Shown piece after piece: positions 39,791-51,064 of a stretch of DNA of 64,000 nucleotides (within the stretch, counting starts at the first letter, position 1; the number at the start of each line of letters is the position of its first letter). The notes beneath the pieces are model-generated. The model had not been told where the DNA came from, searched no databases, and saw only the letters and a list, made by a program, of their open reading frames with translations. A program made the position numbers and the translations under genes. This stretch comes from an uncultured Chitinophagaceae bacterium (GTDB lineage: Bacteria; Bacteroidota; Bacteroidia; Chitinophagales; Chitinophagaceae), in assembly GCA_963798665.1 (NCBI GenBank), contig CAWCUN010000019.1, forward strand, positions 59,324 to 123,323, written 5' to 3'.

Positions 39791-40742
39791 CTTGTGTATT
39801 ATTTGAATTTTCTTTTATTAAAAGCTTAAAAGTGATCAGATCGATTCAATAATATTGATCGCATCAATTCAGATACTTTACTTTTAAATCCAGTTGAAAC
39901 TGAAATAGAATGACTTGGAATAATTACCACTTCAGCATACTCAATTGAGTTTTTTATGCATGCAAGGGCATAGCGAAAGGGAAAGATTTAGAAGTATACT
40001 GGTGTCCAATTATACCTTACAGTTATTGGATCCAATAAAACATATAAAACATATCACTGCAAAATAAGAATATGCATAGGTTTGGATGGATACATAAGAA
40101 TCGTGGACGCAAATAAAAATCAGCGGTACAGGATTACAATCTCTTCCCTCAATTCTCCTTAATAATTTTGGTTTATTCGATCTTAAATAAATGACGGTTT
40201 TTCATAAATTTCTTAGTTAGATAGATTAGGTGATAAAAAATGCTAGCCCCTATTATTTGCAAACATTAAACCAAAAAACACCTTCAAATTGGTAAGTTTT
40301 CAACAATTATTTTCGGTTGCCTAATTCCATTGACGGAGTTTATTTGTTTATATCTTAATTGATTGGGAATTAATAATTTATGCCTTATAAAAAGATAAAT
40401 CCAGGTGCCAGGCATACATTACTCCTATTGTTAAGGCCACGTTAAAGAAAATAATCATTATATCGAGACAATTTATGCTAACCGGTAAGTGCATTTTTCA
40501 GAAAATAATCAGAAAAGTTTTTATGGAAAAAACAATTTTTCCAATTGGATTTTAATAACAGACCATTAAAAAGATTTACATAATAAAAACGAAACTTATG
40601 TGTGCTAAAAAATAATTAGTAAGGGGCTTGAATAATACGAACGCTGGATAGTTGACGTTCAAAAAACACTTATTTTTTACTTGACTTGTTTTAGAATATA
40701 TTTGAAAATAAAATCTAAATTTAAATTCTAAACTACTTCTCA

Positions 40743-41144
40743 ATGAAAAAATATTTAGTACTATTTTGCCTTGTTACGTTATTTGCAGCATGCGGAAATA
40801 ATGCCAATGACACCACCTCAGGAAATAAAGATTCAGTGGCCGTAGAAAAACCTGCTACAAACGATATTTCTTCCAATCCTGATTACCAAAATGGTTTAGC
40901 GTTAGTTTCAAAATCAGATTGTTTAACCTGCCATAAAATAAGCGAGAAGCTAATAGGGCCCTCCTACCAGGATGTTGCCAATAAATATGCTGGAAGCGAT
41001 ACTGCAGTTGCCTATCTCACTGGCAAAATTATTAATGGAGGAAAAGGAGTTTGGGGCGAAGTTGTGATGACTCCACATCCCTTGCTTCCCAAAACAGACG
41101 TTGAACAAATGGTGAAATATATTTTGTTATTAAAAACAAATTAA
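40743..41144 (+). CDS. Monoheme c-type cytochrome lipoprotein
   Basis: Lipobox LFAAC, CLTCH heme motif, IGPSY, WG..VMTPH axial Met region. TATATTTG box at 40697-40704. Confidence 0.9.
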   Translation: MKKYLVLFCLVTLFAACGNNANDTTSGNKDSVAVEKPATNDISSNPDYQNGLALVSKSDCLTCHKISEKLIGPSYQDVANKYAGSDTAVAYLTGKIINGGKGVWGEVVMTPHPLLPKTDVEQMVKYILLLKTN

Positions 41145-41283
41145 TCGAGATAACAAGTGCTGTACTGAGCATATTACCAATCAATTTTTTCCTGCCCGTC
41201 ACTTTTTAAACAATATATTTTTTGGGATGTTATTAACTGCTAACCAGCCGCATTTTAGGCAGGTTATTGTAACTTTCGTATGA

Positions 41284-42324
41284 ATGGGCAACCTTATTTC
41301 TTTCACTGATAAAGGGCTTTTTTGTGAGCAGGGAAATTTTTATATAGACCCGTGGAAACCTGTAGACAAAGCAATAATTACCCATGGTCATGGTGATCAT
41401 GCCTACTTCGGCCATAAAAAATATTTATGTCATATTCACACAAAACCGATCCTTCAACTGAGATTGGGAGAAAATAATTTTCAAACGTTACAATGGAATG
41501 AAATAGTAAATATAAATGGAGTAAAAATCTCATTGCATCCGGCAGGTCACATCATTGGTTCCTCACAAGTGAAATTAGAGTATAACGGAAAAATATGGGT
41601 GGTAAGCGGAGACTATAAAGTAGAAAATGACAATATTAGCGGAAGGTTTGAGCCGGTAAAATGCAACACTTTCATCACAGAATCAACGTTTGGGTTACCT
41701 ATTTATAAATGGAAAACACAGGAAGAAATTTACGATAACATTGTCACCTGGATTAATAGAAATAAAGAGAATGGCAAAACAAGTATCATTCTCGCCTATA
41801 GTTTAGGCAAGGCACAACGGGTATTGCAGGCTATTAAAGAAACTACACAAACAATTTTTGCCCATGGGGCTGTATTTAATATGCAGCAGACTCTAATTAA
41901 TGCAGGTTGGAATATAACTCCGGTAGTGCGAGTAACGCCTGAAACTCCAAAAGAACTTCTAAAGGCCGCAGTTGTTATTGCTCCGCCATCTGCTGACGGA
42001 ACTCCCTGGATGAAAAAATTTCAACCATATGCTGTTGGCGTTTGTAGTGGATGGATGCAGGTAAGAGGCAATGCAAGAAGAAGAAATGTAGATGCGGGGT
42101 TTGCGTTAAGCGATCATGCTGATTGGGATGGCCTTTTACAGACAGTTAAAGCCACCGGAGCTGAAAAAGTTTTTGTTACTCACGGCTTTCAATCTGCGTT
42201 TAGCCGTTATCTTAATGAAGAAAATATCGCAATTGCTGCCGAAGTGAAAACACAATATGGTAATGAAGATGAAGAAGCACCCATACCTGATATTACTAAA
42301 GAAAGGGAAGTTGAATCGCAATGA
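41284..42324 (+). CDS. Ligase-associated DNA-damage-response exonuclease (MBL/beta-CASP)
   Basis: YIDPWKPVDKAIITHGHGDH, HPAGHIIGS, FITESTFGLP, SGWM, LSDHADW, THG. Confidence 0.92.
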   Translation: MGNLISFTDKGLFCEQGNFYIDPWKPVDKAIITHGHGDHAYFGHKKYLCHIHTKPILQLRLGENNFQTLQWNEIVNINGVKISLHPAGHIIGSSQVKLEYNGKIWVVSGDYKVENDNISGRFEPVKCNTFITESTFGLPIYKWKTQEEIYDNIVTWINRNKENGKTSIILAYSLGKAQRVLQAIKETTQTIFAHGAVFNMQQTLINAGWNITPVVRVTPETPKELLKAAVVIAPPSADGTPWMKKFQPYAVGVCSGWMQVRGNARRRNVDAGFALSDHADWDGLLQTVKATGAEKVFVTHGFQSAFSRYLNEENIAIAAEVKTQYGNEDEEAPIPDITKEREVESQ

Positions 42325-43989
42325 CAACAGAAAATATAAATCCTCAATTCATTGATTCCTTGTCACAAAAGCATGATCCTAAATCGGGGCTGGAATTATT
42401 CGCTCAATTGGTTTCTGAGTTAAGCTCATCTACCAAAACAAATGATAAGTTGCAAAGCCTCGTGGATTATTTTGCGATTGCACCTGATAGTGACAAGGTT
42501 TGGGTAATCGCAATTTTTAGCGGAAGAAGGCCAAGGCGAGCTGTGAATTCCAGGCTCATGCGTGACTGGTGTGCCGAAATAAGTGGTTATCCTTCATGGC
42601 TTTTTGATGAATGTTATCATACGGTTGGTGATCTTGCCGAAACGCTTGCGCTGTTATTACCCGAGACAAAAAGAAAGGATCATGTAAATGACAGTCTCTC
42701 TTTTTATCTGGAAAAATTTATCTCCGTTGAAAAGCAAGATGAAGTAATAAGAAAAAAATTCATTCTTGATAGCTGGCATCAAATGAACCGCGATGAAAGG
42801 TTTGTGTTTAATAAATTAATAACGGGAAGTTTTCGAATTGGTGTTTCGCAAAAAACTATTGTGAATGCCTTGGCAAAAATAGTCGAACTTCCGGCATCAG
42901 TGATAGCGCATCGTATTAGTGGAAACTGGGATCCCTCAACAACCTTATTCAACGATTTATTAAGTGAGTCGGCCTCTCTCACAGATTTCTCAAAACCTTA
43001 TCCTTTCTATCTTGCATACGCTTTAGAAGAAGAAGTGGAAACATTAGGGAGACCCTGAAGAATGGCAGGCTGAATGGAAATGGGATGGTATTCGGGGGCA
43101 AATGATTAAAAGAAATAATGAACTATTTATATGGAGCCGTGGTGAAGAATTGATGACCGATAAATTTCCTGAATATTTCATTTTGAAAGATCTGTTGCCT
43201 GACGGAATAGTTATTGATGGAGAAATAATTCCGGCTGTTGATGGAAAGCCCCTTCCCTTTGCTGTTTTACAAACAAGAATCGGCAGAAAAAATATCGGTA
43301 AAAAACAATTGCTTGAAGCACCGATTTGCTTTTTCGCCTACGATCTCCTTGAATGTAGGTACAAAGATTGGAGGGAAAAATCTTTGAGTGAGCGGCGAAA
43401 TAAATTGGAAGAAATTATCCTTCCCATAAATAATCGTGCGATACAAATTTCTGAAATTATCAGTTTTACATCATGGAATGAGCTTGCAGAATTAAGAAAA
43501 AACTCAAGAGAGATGAATAGCGAAGGCATTATGCTCAAAAGAAAAAATTCTGGTTACAAAGTTGGAAGGAAAAGAGGAGACTGGTGGAAATGGAAGATTG
43601 ATCCGTTAACAATCGATTGTGTAATGGTGTATGCACAAAAAGGTAGCGGGAGGAGAAGTAACCTTTACACCGACTATACTTTTGCTGTAAAGGATGGTGA
43701 TAACCTGGTTACATTTACAAAAGCATATTCGGGGTTGACTGACAAAGAATTTGCGCAGGTTGATAATTTTGTAAAAAGAAACTCCATTGAAAAATTTGGA
43801 CCCGTCCGTACAGTTAAGCCTGAATTGGTTTTTGAAATTGCTTTCGAAGGAATAGCAGCCAGTAACCGACATAAAAGTGGTGTGGCCCTTCGTTTTCCAA
43901 GAATAAGCCGCTGGCGCAAAGATAAAACCGTAGATGAGATCAATACAATTGAAGACTTAAGAACAATGCTAAACACGTACGGAAAATAA
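42321..43989 (+). pseudogene. ATP-dependent DNA ligase, one apparent +1 G insertion near 43049
   Basis: Removing one G from TTAGGGAGAC gives LGDPEEWQAEWKWDGIRGQMIKR (motif I, catalytic Lys) and joins both track ORFs. Later motifs DGEI, YDLL, EGIMLK, WWKWK, VALRFPR. Confidence 0.9.
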
Positions 43990-44034
43990 TTTATGAAAAG
44001 AGAATATCTATCTTGCCCTGTCAATTTATTTTAA

Positions 44035-46542
44035 TTGGAACTTAAGAGCACTCCGGGTTTTAATATTATTCATCAGTGGCTTTGTTCAAAGGGCTACTCT
44101 CCATTTCTTTTCCAGGAAGAAACATGGCAGCATATCATTAATAAAAAGTCAGGTTTGGTAAATGCGCCTACTGGTTGCGGCAAAACTTTTTCAGTTTTCC
44201 TTGGATCCATTATTGATTTCATAAACACTTATCCTGAAAATTATAAATTAAAAAGTAAAAACAATCTTCAGCTTTTATGGATAACTCCCTTGCGGGCACT
44301 TGCTACAGATATAGGAAGAGCGATGGAAGAAGTAATTAGTGAGCTGGGCATGAATTGGAAAGTAGGCATTCGCAATGGAGACACCAGTATAAATGAAAGG
44401 CAAAAACAGAAAAGGCAAATGCCTGAAATCCTAATAATAACGCCTGAAAGCTTACATCTGTTACTGGCACAAAAAGATTATCCGGAAGTATTTAAGTCAC
44501 TCAAAATAATTGCAGTTGACGAATGGCATGAATTAATTGGAAGCAAAAGAGGCGTACAGGTTGAATTGGCACTGTCGCGAATAATAAATTTACAGGAAAA
44601 TGAAACCAGGTCTTTAATTTGGGGGATCTCTGCGACCATAGGAAACTTGCAGGAAGCCAAAGAAGTATTGCTATCTCCGGTTGCAAATTTATCTCAACAA
44701 CCACCTTCTACTTTTGGGAAAACAGTAACAGCGCAAATTGAAAAACCTATCCAGATAGAATCAGTTTTTCCGGATGAAATTGAAAAGTTTCCATGGGCCG
44801 GACACCTGGGAATTAAACTGGTTGAGAAGGTCATTCCAATCGTCATGAATAGTAAGACGACACTCATTTTTATCAACACCCGTGGGATGAGCGAAATGTG
44901 GTACCAGGCATTACTTTCTGCTTGCCCTGAACTCGCCGGCGCAATTGCGCTGCATCACGGAAGTGTGGAGCAGGAACTTAGATCGTGGGTAGAAGAGAAC
45001 CTGCATTCCGGAAAATTGAAAGTGGTTGTTTGCACAGCGAGCCTTGATCTTGGAGTAGATTTTCGGCCAGTCGAGACCGTTATACAAGTAGGTTCGCCTA
45101 AAGGTGTAGCAAGATTTTTACAAAGGGCCGGCAGAAGCGGTCATAGGCCCGGCGAAATAAGTAAAATTTATTTTTTACCGACGCACTCATTGGAATTGAT
45201 GGAAGCCGCCGCCTTGAAGGAAGCTACCCAAATACAACTCATTGAAAGTCGTGACCCCAGAATTTTATGTTTCGATGTATTGATACAATACCTGAGTACT
45301 CTTGCTATTTCTGACGGCTTTTACCCCGCAGAAATTGTAAAGGAAATTAAAACCACCTATTGTTATAAAGATATAGGCCAAGATGAATGGCTGCAGATTT
45401 TACAATTTGTCACAGCGGGAGGTGTTGCCCTGCAACAATATGATGATTATAAGAAAATTGAAATCATCAATGGACTATACAAAATAAATAACCGCAGGAT
45501 GGCAATGCGGCACAGGATGCACATTGGTACTATTGTTAGCGAACCCATGATGAAAGTGAAATTTATAAGTGGCGGCTTCGTGGGCGTAATTGAGGAATGG
45601 TTCATCGCAAGATTGCAACCAGGAGACATTTTCACCTTGGCAGGGAGAACACTTGAATTTGTAATGATAAAAGAAATGACCGCCTTGGTAAGGAAATCAA
45701 ATTCAAAACGATCAATAATACCCAGCTGGCAGGGTGGAAGAATGCCATTGTCGGCTAACCTTGGATTTATGCTTAGAAAAAAATTTGACGAAGCGGGCAT
45801 TTTGTTGCATAAAAAAAATAAGAAAAATATTGATCGTGAGATAACAGCACTTCAACCTTTATTTCACCTGCAGGAGTATTTATCACATATTCCAAAACAG
45901 GACGAATTATTGATTGAACATATTGAAACAAAAGATGGGTTTCACCTTTTCGTTTTTCCTTTTGAAGGCCGGCTTGTACATGAAGCGATGGCTGCAATCC
46001 TGGCTTACAGGATTAGCCGTATTACGCCGATAACATTCTCCCTTGCTATGAACGATTATGGATTTGAATTATTAAGCGACCAACCAATACCGTTAGATGA
46101 CACCAATTCCTATGAATTATTTTCCCCGGAAAATTTATTAGCAGACATTCAAAAAAGTCTGAATAGTGTGGAAATGGCAAAAAGAAAATTCAGAGATATC
46201 GCTGTAATTGGTGGATTAATTTTCCAGGGATTTCCAGGAGAGCAAAAAAAAGCGAGACATCTGCAATCTTCAGCTTCCCTTCTTTTTAATGTCTTTTCTG
46301 AATATGAGCCCGGTAATTTATTGTTAAGACAATCTTATAACGAAGTTATGGAGCAACAAATGGAAGAAGAGAGACTCAGGAATATGTTGGAGCGGATTCA
46401 AAAAAGCAAAATTGTTATTACATTTCCAAACAGGCTCACTCCATTTTGCTTTCCTATCAAGGTTGATAGCATGAGAGAAAATCTCACTTCAGAAAAATTA
46501 GAAGACAGGGTTAGGAGAATGCAAATGCAAATGGAAAAATAA
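44035..46542 (+). CDS. Ligase-associated DEXH-box helicase (Lhr-core)
   Basis: APTGCGKT, ITPLRAL, DEWHEL, ISATIGN, HHGS, SLDLGVDF, QRAGRSGH. Confidence 0.93.
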   Translation: MELKSTPGFNIIHQWLCSKGYSPFLFQEETWQHIINKKSGLVNAPTGCGKTFSVFLGSIIDFINTYPENYKLKSKNNLQLLWITPLRALATDIGRAMEEVISELGMNWKVGIRNGDTSINERQKQKRQMPEILIITPESLHLLLAQKDYPEVFKSLKIIAVDEWHELIGSKRGVQVELALSRIINLQENETRSLIWGISATIGNLQEAKEVLLSPVANLSQQPPSTFGKTVTAQIEKPIQIESVFPDEIEKFPWAGHLGIKLVEKVIPIVMNSKTTLIFINTRGMSEMWYQALLSACPELAGAIALHHGSVEQELRSWVEENLHSGKLKVVVCTASLDLGVDFRPVETVIQVGSPKGVARFLQRAGRSGHRPGEISKIYFLPTHSLELMEAAALKEATQIQLIESRDPRILCFDVLIQYLSTLAISDGFYPAEIVKEIKTTYCYKDIGQDEWLQILQFVTAGGVALQQYDDYKKIEIINGLYKINNRRMAMRHRMHIGTIVSEPMMKVKFISGGFVGVIEEWFIARLQPGDIFTLAGRTLEFVMIKEMTALVRKSNSKRSIIPSWQGGRMPLSANLGFMLRKKFDEAGILLHKKNKKNIDREITALQPLFHLQEYLSHIPKQDELLIEHIETKDGFHLFVFPFEGRLVHEAMAAILAYRISRITPITFSLAMNDYGFELLSDQPIPLDDTNSYELFSPENLLADIQKSLNSVEMAKRKFRDIAVIGGLIFQGFPGEQKKARHLQSSASLLFNVFSEYEPGNLLLRQSYNEVMEQQMEEERLRNMLERIQKSKIVITFPNRLTPFCFPIKVDSMRENLTSEKLEDRVRRMQMQMEK

Positions 46543-46582
46543 AAGCTACGGCATTTCAATCTTAACTTTACAAAAAATCATT

Positions 46583-47239
46583 TTGTTTTCTCCACATAGA
46601 TTTATACTTCAGAAACAAACGCTTTGGTTGTCGCCGGCCCGCTGTATTTTTTGGGAGGAAGAAAAAGCTTTAATACTTTCTGATTTGCATTTTGGAAAAA
46701 CGGGACACTTCAGGAAATCCGGGATTGGGGTGCCGCAAAATATCTATAAAGAAGACCTGCAAAGACTATTCACCCAAATTCAGTTTTTTAAACCAGCTAC
46801 ATTGTTGATCGCAGGAGATATGTTTCACAGCCACGCAAATAAAGAAATTAATTTCTTTTTAAAATGGAGAAACGACATACCCAAAATTTCAATTAAACTA
46901 ATAAAAGGAAACCACGATATTCTTAAAACCAAATTCTATGAGGAAGCTAATATCAATGTCGTTTTGAAAAAATTAGCAGTTAAAAATTTTTGTTTCACTC
47001 ATGATTTTGCATCTGAATGTGAAGATGATGATCTTTTTACTTTCTCAGGGCATATTCATCCCGGTATAAAAGTAAATGGAAGTGGTAAACAATCTTTTAT
47101 GCTTCCGTGTTTTTATTTCAATGAAAAATATGCCGTACTTCCCGCTTTCAGTATGTTTACAGGGTTATATAAAATAAGGCCTAAAAAAAAGGATAGCGTA
47201 TTTGCATTGGCTGAAAACCAGGTGATAAAAATGCAATAA
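46583..47239 (+). CDS. pdeM: Ligase-associated metallophosphoesterase/endonuclease (PdeM/MPE)
   Basis: SDLHFGK, AGDMFHS, GNHD, SGHIHP, LPAFS; fourth gene of the cluster. Confidence 0.85.
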   Translation: MFSPHRFILQKQTLWLSPARCIFWEEEKALILSDLHFGKTGHFRKSGIGVPQNIYKEDLQRLFTQIQFFKPATLLIAGDMFHSHANKEINFFLKWRNDIPKISIKLIKGNHDILKTKFYEEANINVVLKKLAVKNFCFTHDFASECEDDDLFTFSGHIHPGIKVNGSGKQSFMLPCFYFNEKYAVLPAFSMFTGLYKIRPKKKDSVFALAENQVIKMQ

Positions 47240-47263
47240 GAAGTGCCGGACTAATCTGACTTA

Positions 47264-48481
47264 TTACATTATATTTTCTCTTCTCCGCTTCAATTCTCTT
47301 TTTATTAAACTAAGCTCTCTTCCTGTCTGGCCGCTTACAGAAGAGTTTTCCTGTGCTCTTCTCATTAGATAAGGTATTACATCTTTAATTGGGCCAAACG
47401 GTAAATATTTGCTTGCATTAAAACCGGCTTCGGCAAGATTAAAAGTAATATTATCACTCATTCCGTAGAGTTGCGAAAAAAGAATATGATTATTACCTGG
47501 AGCGATCCCATTCTTCTTCATAAGTTCTGTAGCATATAAATTACTGAATTCATTATGAGAGGCGATTATCATAAAAACATTTTTCAGATGTTCAATACAA
47601 AATTCCAATGCGGCGTTATAATCCGCATCAGTGTGTTCCTTGTCTGGTTGAATTGGTGATGCATAGTTTAATAAGATCGCCCGTTTTCGTTCTTTTTCCA
47701 TATAGGCACCCCTCACAGGTTTCACTCCAAGCAAATAATTATTTCTTACAGATGCTTTATAACTGTCTTTTAAAAACTGTAACCGATCATGCCTGTAAAG
47801 CTGCACAGTATTGTATATAACTGCTTTCCCAACATTAAATTTTTGCATCATTTGCATGGTAAGAGCATCCACAGGGTTTTGTATCCAGCTTTCTTCAGCA
47901 TCGATCAACACACCAGTATCACTTTCAATTGCTGCGTTGCATATTTTTTCCAAACGATCTACAACTCTCCGCCATTCTTGTTTTTCGCCCTCGGTCAATT
48001 CGCTAGTTGAAACAATCCCGTTTACGGTATCGTTATAATTTGCGTTATCATGTAATTTTTCCAACAAGGCAAATCGTGAAAGCCCTGTGAGTTTGATACT
48101 CATAAACGGAACATGGGGTTCGCTTGCAGCATACTTTATCACCTTAATGAATTCATCTGTTGCATGATCAAAATTTTCTTCTCCCTCCTTTCCTTCTACA
48201 CCATAATCGAGAATTACCTGTACATTAAAGGGATCAAGTTTTTTAACCACGTCGGAAGTTTCCGATAGAGTTTCACCACCAACAAATTGGCTAAAAATAG
48301 TATTTCTTATTACGCCATTTATTGGTAAACCGGTTTTAATTATCCATGGAGTTATTTTGGTACCAAGCTTTACCAGCCAGCTTTTGGCCATTGTTGTGAA
48401 AAGAAATTTGGCTTTTTTGAGTTCTTTATCTGGTTTGTACTTAAAAGCAACTTCTGTATTTTCGAAAGAAATATTTGTCAT
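47264..48481 (-). CDS. Proline dehydrogenase (monofunctional)
   Basis: FSQFVGGE, ILDYGVEG, SIKLTG, IDAEESW, GVKPVRGAYME, ASHN, QLYGMSD, YLPFGP...YLMRRAQEN. Start MTNISF at 48481 preferred. Confidence 0.92.
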   Translation of the reverse strand: MTNISFENTEVAFKYKPDKELKKAKFLFTTMAKSWLVKLGTKITPWIIKTGLPINGVIRNTIFSQFVGGETLSETSDVVKKLDPFNVQVILDYGVEGKEGEENFDHATDEFIKVIKYAASEPHVPFMSIKLTGLSRFALLEKLHDNANYNDTVNGIVSTSELTEGEKQEWRRVVDRLEKICNAAIESDTGVLIDAEESWIQNPVDALTMQMMQKFNVGKAVIYNTVQLYRHDRLQFLKDSYKASVRNNYLLGVKPVRGAYMEKERKRAILLNYASPIQPDKEHTDADYNAALEFCIEHLKNVFMIIASHNEFSNLYATELMKKNGIAPGNNHILFSQLYGMSDNITFNLAEAGFNASKYLPFGPIKDVIPYLMRRAQENSSVSGQTGRELSLIKRELKRRRENIM

Positions 48482-48634
48482 ATCGGAGGGCCGAAATTCC
48501 AAAATCAAAAACTAATCACCAAATAAATAAGTTAGGGAAAGCCTGGTAAAAATATAACTGTTTTTAAAAGCCCTCCAATTCACTTTTGATCAAAGGGCGT
48601 GGAAAAATTTATGCAAAAAAAATTCGGTTTCTTA

Positions 48635-49435
48635 TTAAGTTCCAAGTAATTTGGTTACAGCCGACACATTCTTTTTCTCAAAAAGCCTGATAAGGTACAC
48701 AACAAATTTTAAAAACAAGCCGCTGGGTTTGGCAATACCTGCCCCCAATTGATCAATTCGCTCATCTCTCGCAAGAATACAATTTTGAAAGTCAGCGCCC
48801 TCTTTGCCTGCTAATTCACCAGAAAAGGCCCAGGCGCCGTCTCTCGCTACAGATACACTAAATTGAACAAGCATTTCATCATACTTATAAATATTCAAAT
48901 TCAGCAGTTTCATTAATGGATTTATCTTAGTAAGGCAATCTTCAATATCATTAATCATAGATGCCAGTATAGAATTTATCATATTGAAATCATTATGTAT
49001 ACCATCTAATAAAGACCCCTTCATAACTAGGGCCGTAGCGATACCGAGATCAAGATTAATATGAACATTCATACCCAATAACAAATGTTGCAGAACAATT
49101 AGCGATTTCTGAGAGATTGAATCAAATGCTATGTGCCATGACCTCGTTAAGTTTCTGCCTGCAATCCACGAATAAAAAGCTTCAATATAACGTCTTGCAA
49201 AAGCCACATCCAGGCGCTCCATTCTTATTCCATCTTCAAAACTTTTATTGGTGATAGCTTCTTTTACTTTGCATGTCACTTTATAATATAACACTGCAAA
49301 ATATCCTGCACAACTATTATTGATTTCGCAATAGATGATTATTTTTTCCAGTATGGCGATTACCTCATCAATTGTATCCGGCAATCGTAAGAGCAGTAAA
49401 TCTTCTTTTGTAATTATATCCTTTGAAGAACTCAT
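48635..49435 (-). CDS. DUF5995-type hypothetical protein
   Basis: GYFAVLYYKVT, MERLDVAFARRY, QHLLLGMNVHINLDLG pattern recalled for this family. Confidence 0.7.
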   Translation of the reverse strand: MSSSKDIITKEDLLLLRLPDTIDEVIAILEKIIIYCEINNSCAGYFAVLYYKVTCKVKEAITNKSFEDGIRMERLDVAFARRYIEAFYSWIAGRNLTRSWHIAFDSISQKSLIVLQHLLLGMNVHINLDLGIATALVMKGSLLDGIHNDFNMINSILASMINDIEDCLTKINPLMKLLNLNIYKYDEMLVQFSVSVARDGAWAFSGELAGKEGADFQNCILARDERIDQLGAGIAKPSGLFLKFVVYLIRLFEKKNVSAVTKLLGT

Positions 49436-49524
49436 GCAAGTGAGATTTATCCTTATGTAAATTTAAATAAACCTCTGCGCTGTTTTAAACATTCATCTTC
49501 CATCTTCACCTTGCGGCCTTATCT

Positions 49525-50052
49525 TTGAAAAAATTCTTTAGAATGGTTTCAAAAAAAGTTTCTGAGAGCCTGGTCATTATGACAGAACTTGTATTGCCAA
49601 ATGACACTAACATCTTCGGCAATCTTATGGGTGGCCGATTAATGTATTGGATGGATATCGCCGCAGCATTAGCCGGTACAAAACATTGCAATGCACCCGT
49701 AGTAACGGCCTCTGTTGACAACATTTCTTTTACCAATCCGATAAAGCTTGGTAATGTGGTACATATTGAAGCTAAGATTTCAAGAGCCTTCAACACGAGT
49801 ATGGAAGTACATATGAATGTATGGGGGGAAGATATCATTCAGCAGTACAGGTATAAAAGCAATGAGGCGTATTATACTTTTGTTGCACTTGACCCGAACG
49901 GTAATCCACGGATGGTTCCGCAGCTTGAGCCCGAAACGGAAGAAGAAAATCTCCTCTTTGAAAGCGCACTACGGCGAAGGCAATTAAGGCTAATTCTTGC
50001 AGGAAAAATGAAGCCGGGCGATGCCGTTGAGCTCAAAGCGCTTTTTTTATAG
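49525..50052 (+). CDS. Acyl-CoA thioesterase (hotdog fold, YciA-like)
   Basis: LPNDTNIFGNLMGGRLMYWMD, VVTASVDNISF, AFNTSMEV. Confidence 0.92.
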   Translation: MKKFFRMVSKKVSESLVIMTELVLPNDTNIFGNLMGGRLMYWMDIAAALAGTKHCNAPVVTASVDNISFTNPIKLGNVVHIEAKISRAFNTSMEVHMNVWGEDIIQQYRYKSNEAYYTFVALDPNGNPRMVPQLEPETEEENLLFESALRRRQLRLILAGKMKPGDAVELKALFL

Positions 50053-50082
50053 CATTACCTGTTAAAATATTTTTTTGTCCGG

Positions 50083-50853
50083 CTACTTGTCAAGGGAAGT
50101 TATTAAGTGATGCTTACTCTTCATCATAAATTTTTTGCTTTGCTCAATAGCATCCATCACTTTTTCCAGGATAGTATCAATGCTTTCTTCATAAGTTAAT
50201 TGAAGAGGTTCTTTGAACCTGACACTTAGCAATGAGCCTTTTTTCTTAAACTTCAACCCCCTTTTATTAAATGCCCGCCAGAAGCCATTTATTACCACAG
50301 GGATTACTACAGGTTTGCTGTGTTTAATAATAAATGCTGTCCCCTTTCTACCTGGCGCAAAAGGCTTAGTGGTACCCTGCGGAAATGTAATTACCCAATT
50401 TTTTTGCAATGCCCTTGCAATTTTTCGTGTATCGCCGGGATCAAGGCCGCGTCTTACCTCTGTGCCCTCCGATCTCCAGGTACGCTTTACCGTTATAGCA
50501 CCGGCCCACCGGAAAACCCTGCTTATAAAACTGCTCTTCATTGTCTCCGCTGCAGCAACATAATATACACGTGTAAACGGGTTCAATAAATAAAAGGGAA
50601 TTCCAAGTTTGTTGTCCTTTCTCCATTTTACTGCGCAAAAAATGTGAAGAAACATTATTACATCGGCAAAATAAGTTTGGTGGTTACTTACAAATAAAAC
50701 ATTTCGCTTTGGAAGGTTTTTGAAATGTTCGGTGCCACTAATACTTATCCTGTTAATTATCGCAAAGCCCGGATAAGTGACGATACCAACAAGGAAATAA
50801 ACTACTGATTTTACAAAGCGAGTTTGCTTTAAACTATCAAACCATCGTTTCAT
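50083..50853 (-). CDS. Lysophospholipid acyltransferase (PlsC family)
   Basis: SNHQTYFAD and FPQGTT motifs. Confidence 0.88.
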   Translation of the reverse strand: MKRWFDSLKQTRFVKSVVYFLVGIVTYPGFAIINRISISGTEHFKNLPKRNVLFVSNHQTYFADVIMFLHIFCAVKWRKDNKLGIPFYLLNPFTRVYYVAAAETMKSSFISRVFRWAGAITVKRTWRSEGTEVRRGLDPGDTRKIARALQKNWVITFPQGTTKPFAPGRKGTAFIIKHSKPVVIPVVINGFWRAFNKRGLKFKKKGSLLSVRFKEPLQLTYEESIDTILEKVMDAIEQSKKFMMKSKHHLITSLDK

Positions 50854-51025
50854 TTAACTAATTTTTGTAGGTGATGCAATTTATGAAAACAGTATCATAA
50901 GCGATTGTATTTATTAGTTACAAAAGAGAAGAAAGTGGCAGTTTTTGCCAACTATCCCGAAAAATAAGGGAAATCGACAATACCGAATAATTTTGCTTTT
51001 TTGCCTGTAAATCATGGTAATTGTT

Positions 51026-51033
51026 TACTTTTG
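51026..51033 (+). promoter_or_regulatory. Sigma-70 -7 box (TACTTTTG) for rpsA
   Basis: TAnnTTTG match 32 nt before the ATG. Confidence 0.6.
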
Positions 51034-51064
51034 CACTCCCAAAATAAAAAAAATTGGGTGAAAT

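Noticed and set aside
43040-43102. Programmed ribosomal frameshift in the DNA ligase
   Set aside because: No slippery heptamer or stimulatory structure is evident; one extra G in a G-run matches the insertion pattern seen in recJ.
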